DNA of 64,000 nucleotides from assembly GCA_001792535.1 (NCBI GenBank), contig MGGS01000002.1:7155-71154 (forward strand), read 5' to 3'. Position numbers and translations under genes: made by a program. This DNA is from Candidatus Woesebacteria bacterium RIFCSPHIGHO2_02_FULL_42_20 (lineage in GTDB: Bacteria; Patescibacteriota; Microgenomatia; UBA8517). This document shows, one piece after another, positions 19,351 to 29,086 of the stretch; position 1 is the first letter of the stretch; each line of letters opens with the position of its first letter. The notes under the pieces are model-generated. The model had not been told where the DNA came from. It did no database searches and saw nothing but the letters and a program-made list of their open reading frames with translations.

Positions 19351-20541
19351 ATGGCACAGCCACTGGCGGAAAAGTTAAGGCCCAACACTTTGGCTGATTT
19401 TGTCGGCCAAGAGCATTTGGTTGGTAAAAATGGGATTGTTAGAAAATTACTAACTAACCAACTGACCAATAACTATTTTCCGTCTCTGATTTTCTGGGGA
19501 CCGCCGGGGTCGGGCAAAACTACACTGGCCAGAATCGTCGCCAGTAAACTCAAGCGCGAGTTCTTCGAATTTTCCGCGGTAAACACCTCGGCTCGCGATA
19601 TAGAGAAAATAATCAAAAGCAACAGTCCAAAAACTATGAACTATGAACTAATAACCAAGAACTCTCCTATTGTCTTTATCGACGAAATCCACAGGTTCAA
19701 TAAAGCCCAGCAGGATAAACTCCTTCCTCATGTTGAACGTGGGAACATAATTCTAATCGGCGCGACAACCGAAAACCCGTCGTTTGAAGTCATCGGCCCA
19801 CTTTTATCTCGCACTAGAGTACTCGTTCTTAAAAGGTTGGAAGACAAGGAACTTGAAATTATTTTTAAGAAAGCGGTCAAATATTTAAAAATCAAAGTAG
19901 AGCCAAAGGCAAAAAGATTCTTAACCGACTCCTCAAACGGCGACGCGCGAGTTTTACTCAACGTCCTTGAAATTGCCAGCAACATCACTAAACACCATAC
20001 ACTAGTCACTAAACACGTCGAGGTTGCTTTGCAACGAAGACAACTAACTTTCGACCGCCGAGGCGAAGAATTCTACAATACGATAAGCGCATTTATTAAA
20101 AGTATGCGCGCTTCAAATGTTGATGCTGCACTTTATTACTTAGCCCGAATGGTTGAAGCCGGCCAAGACCCACTCTATATCGCCCGGCGAATGGTAGTAT
20201 TTGCCTCCGAAGATGTAGCCTCTCCTACCGCTTTGGTTGTTGCCAATGCAGTATTCCAAGCATGTCAGCAAATTGGTTACCCAGAGTGTCAGGAAAATTT
20301 AGCCGCAGGGGCAATCTATTTGGCAACAGCAAAAAAGGACAGGTCGGCTTATGACGCGTATATGAAAGCTTTGGGAGACGTCAAGAAAAATGGTAACCTG
20401 CCCATCCCGATGCAAATTTTGAATGCACCAACAAAGCTGATGAAAGTATTGGGCTATGGCAAAAGTTACGATAAATACACCAAAGAATCGTTACTACCAG
20501 AGAAGCTTAAAAACAAGAGATATTACCAAAAATCACTATGA
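19351..20541 (+). CDS. rarA: replication-associated recombination protein A (AAA+ RarA/MgsA)
   Basis: 396 aa; LAEKLRPNTLADFVGQEHL, Walker A GPPGSGKTTLA, Walker B VFIDEIHRFNKAQQD. Confidence 0.9.
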   Translation: MAQPLAEKLRPNTLADFVGQEHLVGKNGIVRKLLTNQLTNNYFPSLIFWGPPGSGKTTLARIVASKLKREFFEFSAVNTSARDIEKIIKSNSPKTMNYELITKNSPIVFIDEIHRFNKAQQDKLLPHVERGNIILIGATTENPSFEVIGPLLSRTRVLVLKRLEDKELEIIFKKAVKYLKIKVEPKAKRFLTDSSNGDARVLLNVLEIASNITKHHTLVTKHVEVALQRRQLTFDRRGEEFYNTISAFIKSMRASNVDAALYYLARMVEAGQDPLYIARRMVVFASEDVASPTALVVANAVFQACQQIGYPECQENLAAGAIYLATAKKDRSAYDAYMKALGDVKKNGNLPIPMQILNAPTKLMKVLGYGKSYDKYTKESLLPEKLKNKRYYQKSL

Positions 20542-21506
20542 AACTTAAAAAGCAAGCTACCATTGAAGTTAAGCCTACTTCTCCATTTAATTTTGATGCT
20601 ACATTCCATAAACCAGACCACTTTACCAGCGGGGATAACTACTGGGAAAAAGGAATAAGGTGGCAAACTTGGTTGTGGCAGAAAAAACCTCTAGGTTTAA
20701 AATTCAAAAATAACGGAAGTGTAAACAAACCACGTATCGATGTATCAATACATTACAACAAGATACTTTCTCAAAAATTTATAGACTTTTTAGTTGATGA
20801 AATAAAATACAGATACAATTTAGAACTTGAATTATCAGATTTCTACAAAAAATTTGAGGAAGATAAGGTTTTTAAACCAATTATTGAGAAATTATACGGA
20901 ATGAGACCAGGACACCCAAGTTCACTGTATGAATACCTAATAATCGGAATTGTTTTACAAAATGCAACAGTAAAAAGGTCGGTTCAAATGTTTAGAGCCT
21001 TACTTGAAAACTATGGTACAAAACTAGAGTATGACGGAAAGAGGCTTTGGTGTTTCTGGAAAGAGGGTGGGTTGTCAAAAACAACTGAACCGGAACTTAG
21101 AGATTTGAAAGTGGGTTATAGAGCCAAATCAATCAAAAAGACTGACGATTATTTTGCCCAGGGCGCGATTAACGAAATGGATTTAAGAAAAAAAGACAGA
21201 GAAACACAAATGACTGAGCTTTTAAAACTTTATGGAGTCGGACCTGCAACGGTGTGGTATTTACTTTTTGACGTCTTTCACCATTGGGACTTTTTCAATC
21301 ATGTTTCCCCTTGGGAGCAAAAAATCTACTCCAAAGTTTTCTTTAACAAAGATCCGGAAAACCCTGTGTCGGTTAAAAAACTACTCAAGCATTTTGGAAA
21401 ATTCGGCAAGTATAAACAACTAGCAGTTCACTACGTCTGGGAAGATCTATGGTGGACCCGTAAAAACAAACAAATCCCTTGGCTTGAGAAACTTATTCGA
21501 ACATAA
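20538..21506 (+). CDS. HhH-GPD superfamily DNA glycosylase-like protein (AlkA/Ogg-like), tentative
   Basis: 322 aa; helix-hairpin-helix LKLYGVGPATVWYLL; start overlaps rarA stop (ATGA). Confidence 0.45.
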   Translation: MKLKKQATIEVKPTSPFNFDATFHKPDHFTSGDNYWEKGIRWQTWLWQKKPLGLKFKNNGSVNKPRIDVSIHYNKILSQKFIDFLVDEIKYRYNLELELSDFYKKFEEDKVFKPIIEKLYGMRPGHPSSLYEYLIIGIVLQNATVKRSVQMFRALLENYGTKLEYDGKRLWCFWKEGGLSKTTEPELRDLKVGYRAKSIKKTDDYFAQGAINEMDLRKKDRETQMTELLKLYGVGPATVWYLLFDVFHHWDFFNHVSPWEQKIYSKVFFNKDPENPVSVKKLLKHFGKFGKYKQLAVHYVWEDLWWTRKNKQIPWLEKLIRT

Positions 21507-21603
21507 GACAATTCAAATATATTTATAAAAAGTGTTGAAATCTGTGGGAGCAGAAGATATAAAAAGACTTAAAATTATTTGGTCGTATCCTCCGAAGTCT
21601 TGT

Positions 21604-21849
21604 TTACTGGTACAAGATGCATCGCACTCCTGACTTTCTGGTGCCGTTGGCTTTCATTCCGGTACATCTTTTGGCAAACTCTCCAATTTCGGTTCCTTCA
21701 TCTTTGTCCGGCCCGAGTGGGTCGGTTACCACAGCCGAACAAGTCGGGCAGACCCGACAAACATTTATTGTGTTAAACCTTGTACTTGCAAAAAGTTCTT
21801 GGATCCTCTCCATTCTCGTGCCTTGATTCATTTCTTTAGCCCTAGTCAT
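21604..21849 (-). CDS. small Cys-rich (zinc-ribbon-like) protein of unknown function
   Basis: 81 aa; CRVCPTC ... C ... C; strong SD GAGGGGG 1-2 nt before ATG. Confidence 0.45.
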   Translation of the reverse strand: MTRAKEMNQGTRMERIQELFASTRFNTINVCRVCPTCSAVVTDPLGPDKDEGTEIGEFAKRCTGMKANGTRKSGVRCILYQ

Positions 21850-21894
21850 ACCCCCTCGTTTATACTATATGGATATAATACTACATTTTCCACT

Positions 21895-23721
21895 CTATTG
21901 ATATCCCTTTGCCTGGATTGTAAAGAGCTCGTGGTAAAGCCCCCCGAGTTTCATAAGCTCGTCATGCGTTCCGCTCTCGGTGATTCTGCCTTTGTCCAAC
22001 ACAAAAATCCTGTCCGCGTATCGGACAGTAGAAAACCTTTGCGACACGAAAATAAGTATTTTGTCTTTAGTTTTCTTGAGAAGCTCTCTAAATATCTGTT
22101 CCTCAGCCTTAGGATCGACGTTACTTGTCGGTTCATCCATTATCAAAATATCGGCATTTTTACGAAATAACATTCTGGATATCCCAACTCTTTGCCATTG
22201 GCCGATTGAAAGATCCACTCCTTTGTCAAACTCCGGTGCCAGAGGGTGTTTATATTTAAGTGGCAGTGTTTCAATAAACTTATCAATCGTGGTTTTATGC
22301 GCCGCTTCTTTTATCTGACCTAACTTATTTACCCTTGAGATATCCCCATAACCGATTGACTCCTGGGCAGTAAAAGGATAACTTTCAAACTTCTGAAAAA
22401 GAATTGCAAGACGTCTGCGGTATGAACCAAGATTAAAATCTTTAAGATCGCTCCCAGCGACAACTATTTTCCCTTTTTCAGGATCATAGAACCTGGCTAA
22501 AAGTTTAATTAAAGTCGATTTACCCGCGCCGTTTTCGCCGACCAAAGCAATTTTTTCTCCGGGATTAACGTGCATATTAACTCCCTTTAAAATCCAATTT
22601 TTGCTTTTCGGATAGCGAAACCAGACATTTTTGGCCTCAAGAGAAAGCCGTTTATACGAGTAGGCGTTTTTGCCGGTTTTGGCTTTTTCATTTATCACAG
22701 GCTTAAGATTTAGAAACCAAATCAGATCAACGACATAAATATAATTTTCATAAATTTCCAAAACTGAATTGACCAGTCCTGTCAAGTTGCTTTCAGCTGA
22801 CCTGAGGGAACGGAGGTAAAGCTCGAAAGAGCCTATTGTAATTTTTTCTGTAATTACCAAAAAAATCAGCCAGACCGAAACAGCAAATTCATAGAAAGTA
22901 AGAGGCAGGAAAGTACCAAAATTAGACAACTCCCGTTTTTTGGACAGCTCCATTTGTTTATCTATGGTCTCGCTTTGAATACTTTTAAGCTTTTTAGTTA
23001 AATAGCCGGATATGCCAAGAATTTTAAGTTCCAAAAAATTTTTGTTACGGACCAAGTAATAGGTAAGCCAGCCCCACATACGGTATTTTGCCGAGAGTGC
23101 GGTTTCAAGCTCATACTCTTTTTTGATATACTTGCCGCTAACGAAAAATTGGGGAAGCGAAAAAACAAGCACACCCAAGGCAATTAATGGGTGAAGTAAA
23201 ATTAAAATGCCGACTACAGAAATAAAACCGATTAAATAATTTGAAATATCACTTAAAGGCATCATTAAGCCCCATGCGCGCCTCCCTGATTCTCTTTCGA
23301 TTTTTGTATATTTATTTTTGAAATCCGGGTCATCAATAGTTGCAATATCCAACTCGGTCATCTTTTTTGCCATCATAATCTCGAGCTCGGAGGCAAAGGT
23401 TTGGGACATTTTGCGACTTAGGAAGCCGTTTACCCGGCTTAAGACATTTCGAAAAAGTTCCAAAAGAAGCCTTAGAAAGATAATTCCGCCGATAAGATAC
23501 ATGGCTTGCCTCCAATTTGGGTCGCCAATTGAGGCAATTAGGTTATCAAGAATAAGCTTTTCCAGATAAAACCCGGGGGCGGTGGAAAATCCCCAAATGG
23601 CGTTTAAAATAAGAACTAGTACCAGAAATTTTCTGTTGGTTTTTGCAGCCAAGCGCACCACTTCACGAAAAACAAAAAACACCTGTCCAAAACGATCGAA
23701 GGTAATTCTTGGCTTCTGCAC
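21895..23721 (-). CDS. ABC exporter, fused permease + ATPase (MsbA/multidrug type)
   Basis: 608 aa; six TM region then NBD with Walker A GENGAGKST, signature LSIGQWQRV, Walker B ILIMDEPTS. Confidence 0.9.
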   Translation of the reverse strand: MQKPRITFDRFGQVFFVFREVVRLAAKTNRKFLVLVLILNAIWGFSTAPGFYLEKLILDNLIASIGDPNWRQAMYLIGGIIFLRLLLELFRNVLSRVNGFLSRKMSQTFASELEIMMAKKMTELDIATIDDPDFKNKYTKIERESGRRAWGLMMPLSDISNYLIGFISVVGILILLHPLIALGVLVFSLPQFFVSGKYIKKEYELETALSAKYRMWGWLTYYLVRNKNFLELKILGISGYLTKKLKSIQSETIDKQMELSKKRELSNFGTFLPLTFYEFAVSVWLIFLVITEKITIGSFELYLRSLRSAESNLTGLVNSVLEIYENYIYVVDLIWFLNLKPVINEKAKTGKNAYSYKRLSLEAKNVWFRYPKSKNWILKGVNMHVNPGEKIALVGENGAGKSTLIKLLARFYDPEKGKIVVAGSDLKDFNLGSYRRRLAILFQKFESYPFTAQESIGYGDISRVNKLGQIKEAAHKTTIDKFIETLPLKYKHPLAPEFDKGVDLSIGQWQRVGISRMLFRKNADILIMDEPTSNVDPKAEEQIFRELLKKTKDKILIFVSQRFSTVRYADRIFVLDKGRITESGTHDELMKLGGLYHELFTIQAKGYQ

Positions 23722-23763
23722 TTTCTTATTATAAACTTAATGAAGCTAAATAGTCAGTTACTA

Positions 23764-24159
23764 TTTAGTTGTGGTCAAAAGCAAGAGGTGGAATTTCTTT
23801 CAAATCAAACCATTTTATCTCTGAAACATCATCACTTGGGTGAGGGACACCATTAACCTCAACTCTATAAACAACAGTTATCACCTGTTTCTCGTGTCTT
23901 TTGGGGTCTCAATATACATTAAAAAGCTGGAGAGCTTTCACACTAAGACCTGTTTCCTCTTTTAGTTCTCTTCTTACAGCGTCTTCAGGCGACTCACCCC
24001 ACTCGACATAGCCACCAAAAATTCCCCAGTACGCGCCGAAGGGGTCATATTTTCTTTTCCCAAGAAGTATTTTCCGCCCTTGATAATTAGACAGTCTATG
24101 GAAATGCCACGATTGTTAAATCTGCCACAATGTGGGCAGGGCTCACTTCTTGATAACAT
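23764..24159 (-). pseudogene. Nudix hydrolase gene disrupted by a -1 frameshift in a poly-A run (~24055-24058) and an in-frame TGA (~23909-23911)
   Basis: frame 1: MLSRSEPCPHCGRF..CLIIKGGKYFLGK; frame -1: RKYDPFGAYWGIFGGYVEWGESPEDAVRRELKEETGL (perfect Nudix box GX5EX7REUXEEXGU) ...LFNVY-TGA-DPKRHEKQVITVVYRV...EIKWFDLKEIPPLAFDHN; a fifth A in gggaaaag restores ...FLGKRKYDPF. Confidence 0.6.
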
Positions 24160-25378
24160 CTTTTCCAATCCACTTTCTCAACACTTCCGGGACAACGACC
24201 GATCCGTCTTTTTGCTGGTAGTTTTCGAGAATTGCCAAGGGCGTTCTGGAAGTAGCGATAGCCGTCCCATTGAGCATGTGGACATAATCAGTTTTTCCGT
24301 CTTTGGTCCGATATTTAATATTTAAGTTTCTGGCCTGATAGTCTGTGCAATTTGACGTTGAAGTTACTTCGCCATAATCATCCCGGCTCGGCATCCAAGC
24401 CTCAATGTCAAATTTCCTGGCAGCCATTGCGCCCAAATCCCCCGTGCACATCTCCAAAACCCGGTAAGGCAGCCCCAGCTCTTGATAAATTTCCTCTTCC
24501 ATCTTTAGTAAATACTCATGCATTTTATTGGATTCTTCAGGGATGCAGTAAATAAACATTTCGGCTTTTGTAAATTGGTGGACTCGGTAAATTCCTTTTG
24601 AGTATTTGCCATACGCCCCCGCTTCTTTCCTAAAACAATGAGAGTAGCCGATATATTTTAATGGTAATTTGTCTTCGGGGATAACTTCGTCAGCGTGCTT
24701 GCCAGCCAGGGTCACTTCTGCCGTGGCAATAAGCCCCAAGTCCTCATCTTTAATTTCATATGTTTGGGCCTCGTCACCTTTGGGCATATAGCCTGTGCCA
24801 AGGTAATACCTTGATTTAGCCAAATCGGGCGTGATTACTGGCAAAAAACCTTCTTTGGTAAGTTTATCAAAGGCGTAGTGAATTAATGCAAGTTCCATTA
24901 AAGCCCCGTCGCCGTATAAATAATAAAACTGCGAGCCAGCGACCTTCGCACCTGTTTCAAAGTCCAAAATTCCTAAAGCTTTTCCGAGTTCCAAGTGATC
25001 TTTAGGTGCAAAGTTAAATTTTTTTGGTTCTCCCCATTTTCTGACTTCAACGTTGTCTTTTTCGTCTTTGCCAACAGGAACCATGTCCAAAGCTGGATTG
25101 GGAATTAAGTTTAAAGCATTAAAATAGTTCTTTTCGGCTTTATCGAGTTCTGGTTCCTTTTTTTTAAGCTCCTCTTTAACTTGCTTACCGGCTACAATGT
25201 TTTTTGATTTTGCAATTTCATTCCTCTCTGCTCTCAAAGTTTCAATTTCGCCAATAAGTTTTCTGCGCCTTTCATCGATCTCAAGGAGTTTGTCTACCAA
25301 CGAAGGATCCATTTGTTTATCTTTAACTGCCTTTTTAAACTTTCCTGGATCTTCTCTAAGTAATTGAATATTAATCAC
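24143..25378 (-). CDS. serS: seryl-tRNA synthetase
   Basis: 411 aa; N-terminal coiled-coil arm, class II motifs; GTG start with TATAAT 6 nt upstream; TGA stop. Confidence 0.93.
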   Translation of the reverse strand: MINIQLLREDPGKFKKAVKDKQMDPSLVDKLLEIDERRRKLIGEIETLRAERNEIAKSKNIVAGKQVKEELKKKEPELDKAEKNYFNALNLIPNPALDMVPVGKDEKDNVEVRKWGEPKKFNFAPKDHLELGKALGILDFETGAKVAGSQFYYLYGDGALMELALIHYAFDKLTKEGFLPVITPDLAKSRYYLGTGYMPKGDEAQTYEIKDEDLGLIATAEVTLAGKHADEVIPEDKLPLKYIGYSHCFRKEAGAYGKYSKGIYRVHQFTKAEMFIYCIPEESNKMHEYLLKMEEEIYQELGLPYRVLEMCTGDLGAMAARKFDIEAWMPSRDDYGEVTSTSNCTDYQARNLNIKYRTKDGKTDYVHMLNGTAIATSRTPLAILENYQQKDGSVVVPEVLRKWIGKDVIKK

Positions 25379-25576
25379 GTTTTGATTATACCTTACAATG
25401 CATGCTTATTAATATTCTCTCGTAAACTTTCCAATTTGAAGGGGGTTCTTAATATTTACTGTTATGCAAGTACAAGTTCAGATTGCTACTTCGGGATCAG
25501 CGCTTTTTCCTATTTCCTATTGTGCGATTTAACAATATTGAAGATAAAAATGTATAATAATACCCATACCGGAATT

Positions 25577-26128
25577 ATGAGTAAAGATTTATTCGCACTT
25601 TTTCGTGAGGTAGGGAGATTAAAAAGGATTAAAAGAACAGGTTGGGTGTTAAAAGGTATCAAAGATTCAGAAAGCGTCGCCGACCATGTCTTTAGAACCG
25701 CATTTATGTGTATGGTACTGGGAAGAAAACGAAAGCTTGATTTAATCAAGTTGGTCAATATGGCTTTGATACACGATCTTGGTGAGACAGCGACCTCCGA
25801 TATCAGATACGAAGAAGGCAAAAGAATTTTCGCATCGAAAGATGCTAAAGAAAAAATTGAGGAGGACGTTTTACAGATGGTCCTTCCTTCAACCGGTGAA
25901 AAAGATTATTACCTTTCCTTATTTTATGAATTTCGTGATCAGACATCTGATGAGGCACGATTCTTGAAGGAAGTCGAAAAGCTTGAAATGGCACTTCAAG
26001 CTTTGGAGTATCAAGAATTTGGCGTAAAGCCAAAACTCATGGATGAATTTTTTGAAAATGCCGCAAAATATATAAAAGATAAAGAAATTAAAAAGATGTT
26101 TGAAAAAGTTCGCTCATTCAGAAGTTAA
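25577..26128 (+). CDS. HD-domain 5'-deoxynucleotidase (YfbR-like)
   Basis: MSKDLFALFREVGRLKRIKRTGW..SESVADHVFRTA..LIHDLGE; the track ORF start 25364 overlaps serS and is rejected; ATG 25550 is an alternative. Confidence 0.7.
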   Translation: MSKDLFALFREVGRLKRIKRTGWVLKGIKDSESVADHVFRTAFMCMVLGRKRKLDLIKLVNMALIHDLGETATSDIRYEEGKRIFASKDAKEKIEEDVLQMVLPSTGEKDYYLSLFYEFRDQTSDEARFLKEVEKLEMALQALEYQEFGVKPKLMDEFFENAAKYIKDKEIKKMFEKVRSFRS

Positions 26129-26133
26129 GGTCT

Positions 26134-26712
26134 TTATAATCCCAAATCATTTGCAATTTCCTGCATTGCTTTTAGAGCTATCCCGATAAAGTCGGGAAGT
26201 TTTATCCCAAGCTTCTCCTCACACATCTCAATTTGTTTTCTGTCCACCCCTTTTGCAAACTCTTTGTGGGACCACTTTTTGATAACTGATTCAACAGTAA
26301 CCGACGACAGTTTTTTATCAGGCCGAACAAGTGCGACAGCGATGATAAAGCCGGTCAATTCGTCACAACAATAAAGTGCCCACTGCATGGTGGTCTTGGG
26401 AAGTTTACCTTGATGAAACCAGCCGTGGGACTCTATCCCAGTCAAAACTTCCTCATTTGTCTCCCCTGCCTCGGCCGCCCATTGCGCCATGAGTTTTGCA
26501 TGCTTTTCAGGATGCTCCTTGGTGAATTCATAGTCTCCGTCATGGAGTAGGCCTACTATTCCCCATGCTTCGACAAGCTCAGCACTTGCAGTTTTGCCTT
26601 CCAGTTTTTTTGCCAAAGCCCGCATTACAGTTTCCACAGCATAACAATGCTTGCGCAAGTTCGGTGATTGCATTTTGGAATGCAGTAAATCTAAAGCTTT
26701 TTCTCTTGTCAT
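26134..26712 (-). CDS. HD-domain phosphohydrolase
   Basis: 192 aa; H...HD motif (VGLLHDGDYEF) and downstream conserved His/Asp. Confidence 0.65.
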   Translation of the reverse strand: MTREKALDLLHSKMQSPNLRKHCYAVETVMRALAKKLEGKTASAELVEAWGIVGLLHDGDYEFTKEHPEKHAKLMAQWAAEAGETNEEVLTGIESHGWFHQGKLPKTTMQWALYCCDELTGFIIAVALVRPDKKLSSVTVESVIKKWSHKEFAKGVDRKQIEMCEEKLGIKLPDFIGIALKAMQEIANDLGL

Positions 26713-28277
26713 TTTTGGTTTGATGTCAGGCGCCCTATTATATCTTTTTTAGGAAATTTTTTAAGTAACCAACCGGCCCTTGGACCATGGTCTTTATCAA
26801 GAACCACGGTATACAAAGCCTTGAAAGCATCTTTTGTATTGATATCAATTTTTTTGATTAACCTAAAAATTTCGCTTTGAAGATTTTCGGGCTCCGAAAC
26901 TTTTTGCCAAATATTTCCCAGATCGTTCAAAAAACGCCATTGTATTTCCGACAAATTTAAATCATCCACAGATTTAATCGATATCTGATATTTATATTCA
27001 TCAGGTGCATATTTACTAAGCCAAATAAAAACATAAGTCAATCTATCATATAAGTCTTTTATTTCAATATCTGTTAACTTAGATCCTTTTATCTCCTCGA
27101 AACGTTTCTCAAGTTTTATATTTGGAAGTTGAGAGTAATTAGCAATATCGCGAAAACGCGGAAGAAAATGCATTTTGGGCTGCTTACTACTCACTTGAGA
27201 CACTTCAAAAATTCGCGCGTTAACTGTACCTTTATTATCCCAGTATTCCCCGGCACATTTATCATACTCGTCAAAAAGATTTGGAATCGTCATACCGAAA
27301 GGGTCAAAGTCTATTTGTTTGCTGAATTTGACCCGGGAGATCATAAAGCGAACAAGGTATGGTGGAATAATTTCGGATACCTCTAGCGCTGAGCTTCCGA
27401 AACCTTTAGATGAACTCATTTTGCGGCCGCCGACTAAGAAGAATTCATGGGAAAACGCGTAGGGGACAGGGTAATTCAATACATTTTTGCACATCAGCTT
27501 TGCAAAGTCGTGGCTGCTGCCGGCACTCATATGGTCTTTGCCCGCGCCTTCAATAGTTACACCGATTACGTTCCATTTACACGGCCACTCTACCTTCCAG
27601 GGAAGTTTTCCTGCAAAATAATTATTAGAACTAAAAGGTGAAGCTTTGCCTTTATTGCCGCATCCTTTCGTCCATTCAAGGCCGTCAATTTTGCACTCGT
27701 AAGTTACTTTTTCTCCATCCCACGCGGTTACTGTAGTCGTTGAGATTTTGTTGCACTTCCCGCAACGCGGACTAAACGGGTACCAGTCTTTGGGACGCTC
27801 CTTTTTATAAAATTTTTTATATATTTTTCGAATCTCGCTCGCTTTATCTAAACACAATTGGACAGCATTGTTCATTTTCCCCGACATGTATAGCTCGCTT
27901 CCCCAAATAATTTTTGGGTGGACACCGATTTTATTGAATATTTCGATATATTCTTCTCCCCAACGCCTGCCGTAAGACTTATAACCCGGCTCAGGGGAAG
28001 GGATCATAAACAAAGGTTTACCCATTTCCTGACGATATTTCTCCTGATCTACATAAATAGGGAGCCCGTCCATCGGATCATGATCTTCCAAAACATAAGT
28101 AAAAGTTACTTTTTTACCCAGATCAAAAAGGGCACGCCGAATAAGGTCATGAGTGACAACTGCGCGAACAGAGCCGATATGCACTCTGCCCGACGGCGTT
28201 TTCATGTCGTCAACCCAATAGGGTAGATGTTGTTTGGAGTCAATTATTTCATTTGCTATTTTATCCGCCCAATACAT
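26709..28277 (-). CDS. lysK: class I lysyl-tRNA synthetase (archaeal-type LysRS)
   Basis: 522 aa; HIGS (HIGH-type) motif region TPSGRVHIGSVRAVV; KMSSSKG (KMSKS) motif; TATAAT 6 nt upstream of ATG. Confidence 0.85.
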   Translation of the reverse strand: MYWADKIANEIIDSKQHLPYWVDDMKTPSGRVHIGSVRAVVTHDLIRRALFDLGKKVTFTYVLEDHDPMDGLPIYVDQEKYRQEMGKPLFMIPSPEPGYKSYGRRWGEEYIEIFNKIGVHPKIIWGSELYMSGKMNNAVQLCLDKASEIRKIYKKFYKKERPKDWYPFSPRCGKCNKISTTTVTAWDGEKVTYECKIDGLEWTKGCGNKGKASPFSSNNYFAGKLPWKVEWPCKWNVIGVTIEGAGKDHMSAGSSHDFAKLMCKNVLNYPVPYAFSHEFFLVGGRKMSSSKGFGSSALEVSEIIPPYLVRFMISRVKFSKQIDFDPFGMTIPNLFDEYDKCAGEYWDNKGTVNARIFEVSQVSSKQPKMHFLPRFRDIANYSQLPNIKLEKRFEEIKGSKLTDIEIKDLYDRLTYVFIWLSKYAPDEYKYQISIKSVDDLNLSEIQWRFLNDLGNIWQKVSEPENLQSEIFRLIKKIDINTKDAFKALYTVVLDKDHGPRAGWLLKKFPKKDIIGRLTSNQK

Positions 28278-28290
28278 AACTTGATTATAC

Positions 28291-28313
28291 TAAAAAACCC
28301 CGCTTTTGCGGGG
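28291..28313 (-). terminator. intrinsic terminator downstream of greA
   Basis: minus strand CCCCGC-AAAA-GCGGGG followed by TTTTTT; 20 nt after greA stop. Confidence 0.6.
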
Positions 28314-28332
28314 TTAAAGTTTTTTAAACTTA

Positions 28333-28794
28333 TTAGTTAATCGACAATATCTCATATACTACCTTGCCTGCCGGTGCTTCGACTTCCACCTTATCCCCCT
28401 TCTTTTTATTCAATAATGCTTGCCCCAAAGGCGACTCGATTGAAATCTTGCTTTTTACAGGGTCTGCTTCCCACTCGCCAACCAAATGGTATATCGTTTG
28501 GTTGCTGTCGTATTTGACACTTACTTTTGCCCCCAGACCGACCTTTCCATGACCGTTTGAAGCCTTTGCAACAACCGCGTTTTTAAGGACAGTCTCGACC
28601 TCTGCGATTCTACCGTCCAAAAACTCGAGCTCGTCTTTTGCATTATAGTAATCGCTGTTTTCTGCAAGATCTCCTTCACTTCGGGCACGCGAAAGCCGCT
28701 CGACTAATTTAGGACGCTTAATGTTCACTAATTCGTCGAGTTCTTGTTTTAAAGACTCAAAACCTTCTTTTGTTACTTGTATTTGTTTGTCCAT
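28333..28794 (-). CDS. greA: transcription elongation factor GreA
   Basis: 153 aa; N-terminal coiled coil with DLAENSDYYNAKDELEFLDGRI, C-terminal FKBP-like domain; GGAG SD. Confidence 0.9.
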   Translation of the reverse strand: MDKQIQVTKEGFESLKQELDELVNIKRPKLVERLSRARSEGDLAENSDYYNAKDELEFLDGRIAEVETVLKNAVVAKASNGHGKVGLGAKVSVKYDSNQTIYHLVGEWEADPVKSKISIESPLGQALLNKKKGDKVEVEAPAGKVVYEILSIN

Positions 28795-28971
28795 ATTTAC
28801 TCCAAAAAATTATCCCTCATCGTTTCGGCTTGTGGAAATATACACGTGGGAATATTTCCAACAGCTAAATGACCTTATTGCAAAAGGTTTGAAAAGCCAA
28901 AACGTATGAAGGAGTCCCAACCATGTTAATTACTGGAATATGCTATACCCGGCGGTAACTTTTGTCAATGA

Positions 28972-29079
28972 CCCGTTGTATTTTCCGTTACTCGGGAATT
29001 GTTTGAATCAAATGTCCCCGAAAGACTTTCCCGGGAACAGAAGAATCTTCTTGAGGAATTTAAAGGAGTGGGGTTATAA
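28972..29079 (+). pseudogene. remnant of a dnaJ 3' end (diverged partial duplicate of nt ~12040-12119)
   Basis: translates [35 protein letters not shown] vs DnaJ C-terminus [28 protein letters not shown]; ~80% nucleotide identity over ~70 bp including the GGGTTATAAT stop-proximal tract. Confidence 0.5.
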
Positions 29080-29086
29080 TAGCAAT

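Noticed and set aside
25364-25576. Track start for the HD-domain gene at 25364 and for rpoC at 58191
   Set aside because: Both extensions overlap the preceding gene substantially; homolog N-termini (YfbR-like MSKDLF..., RpoC MAEYKQ...) support the downstream starts
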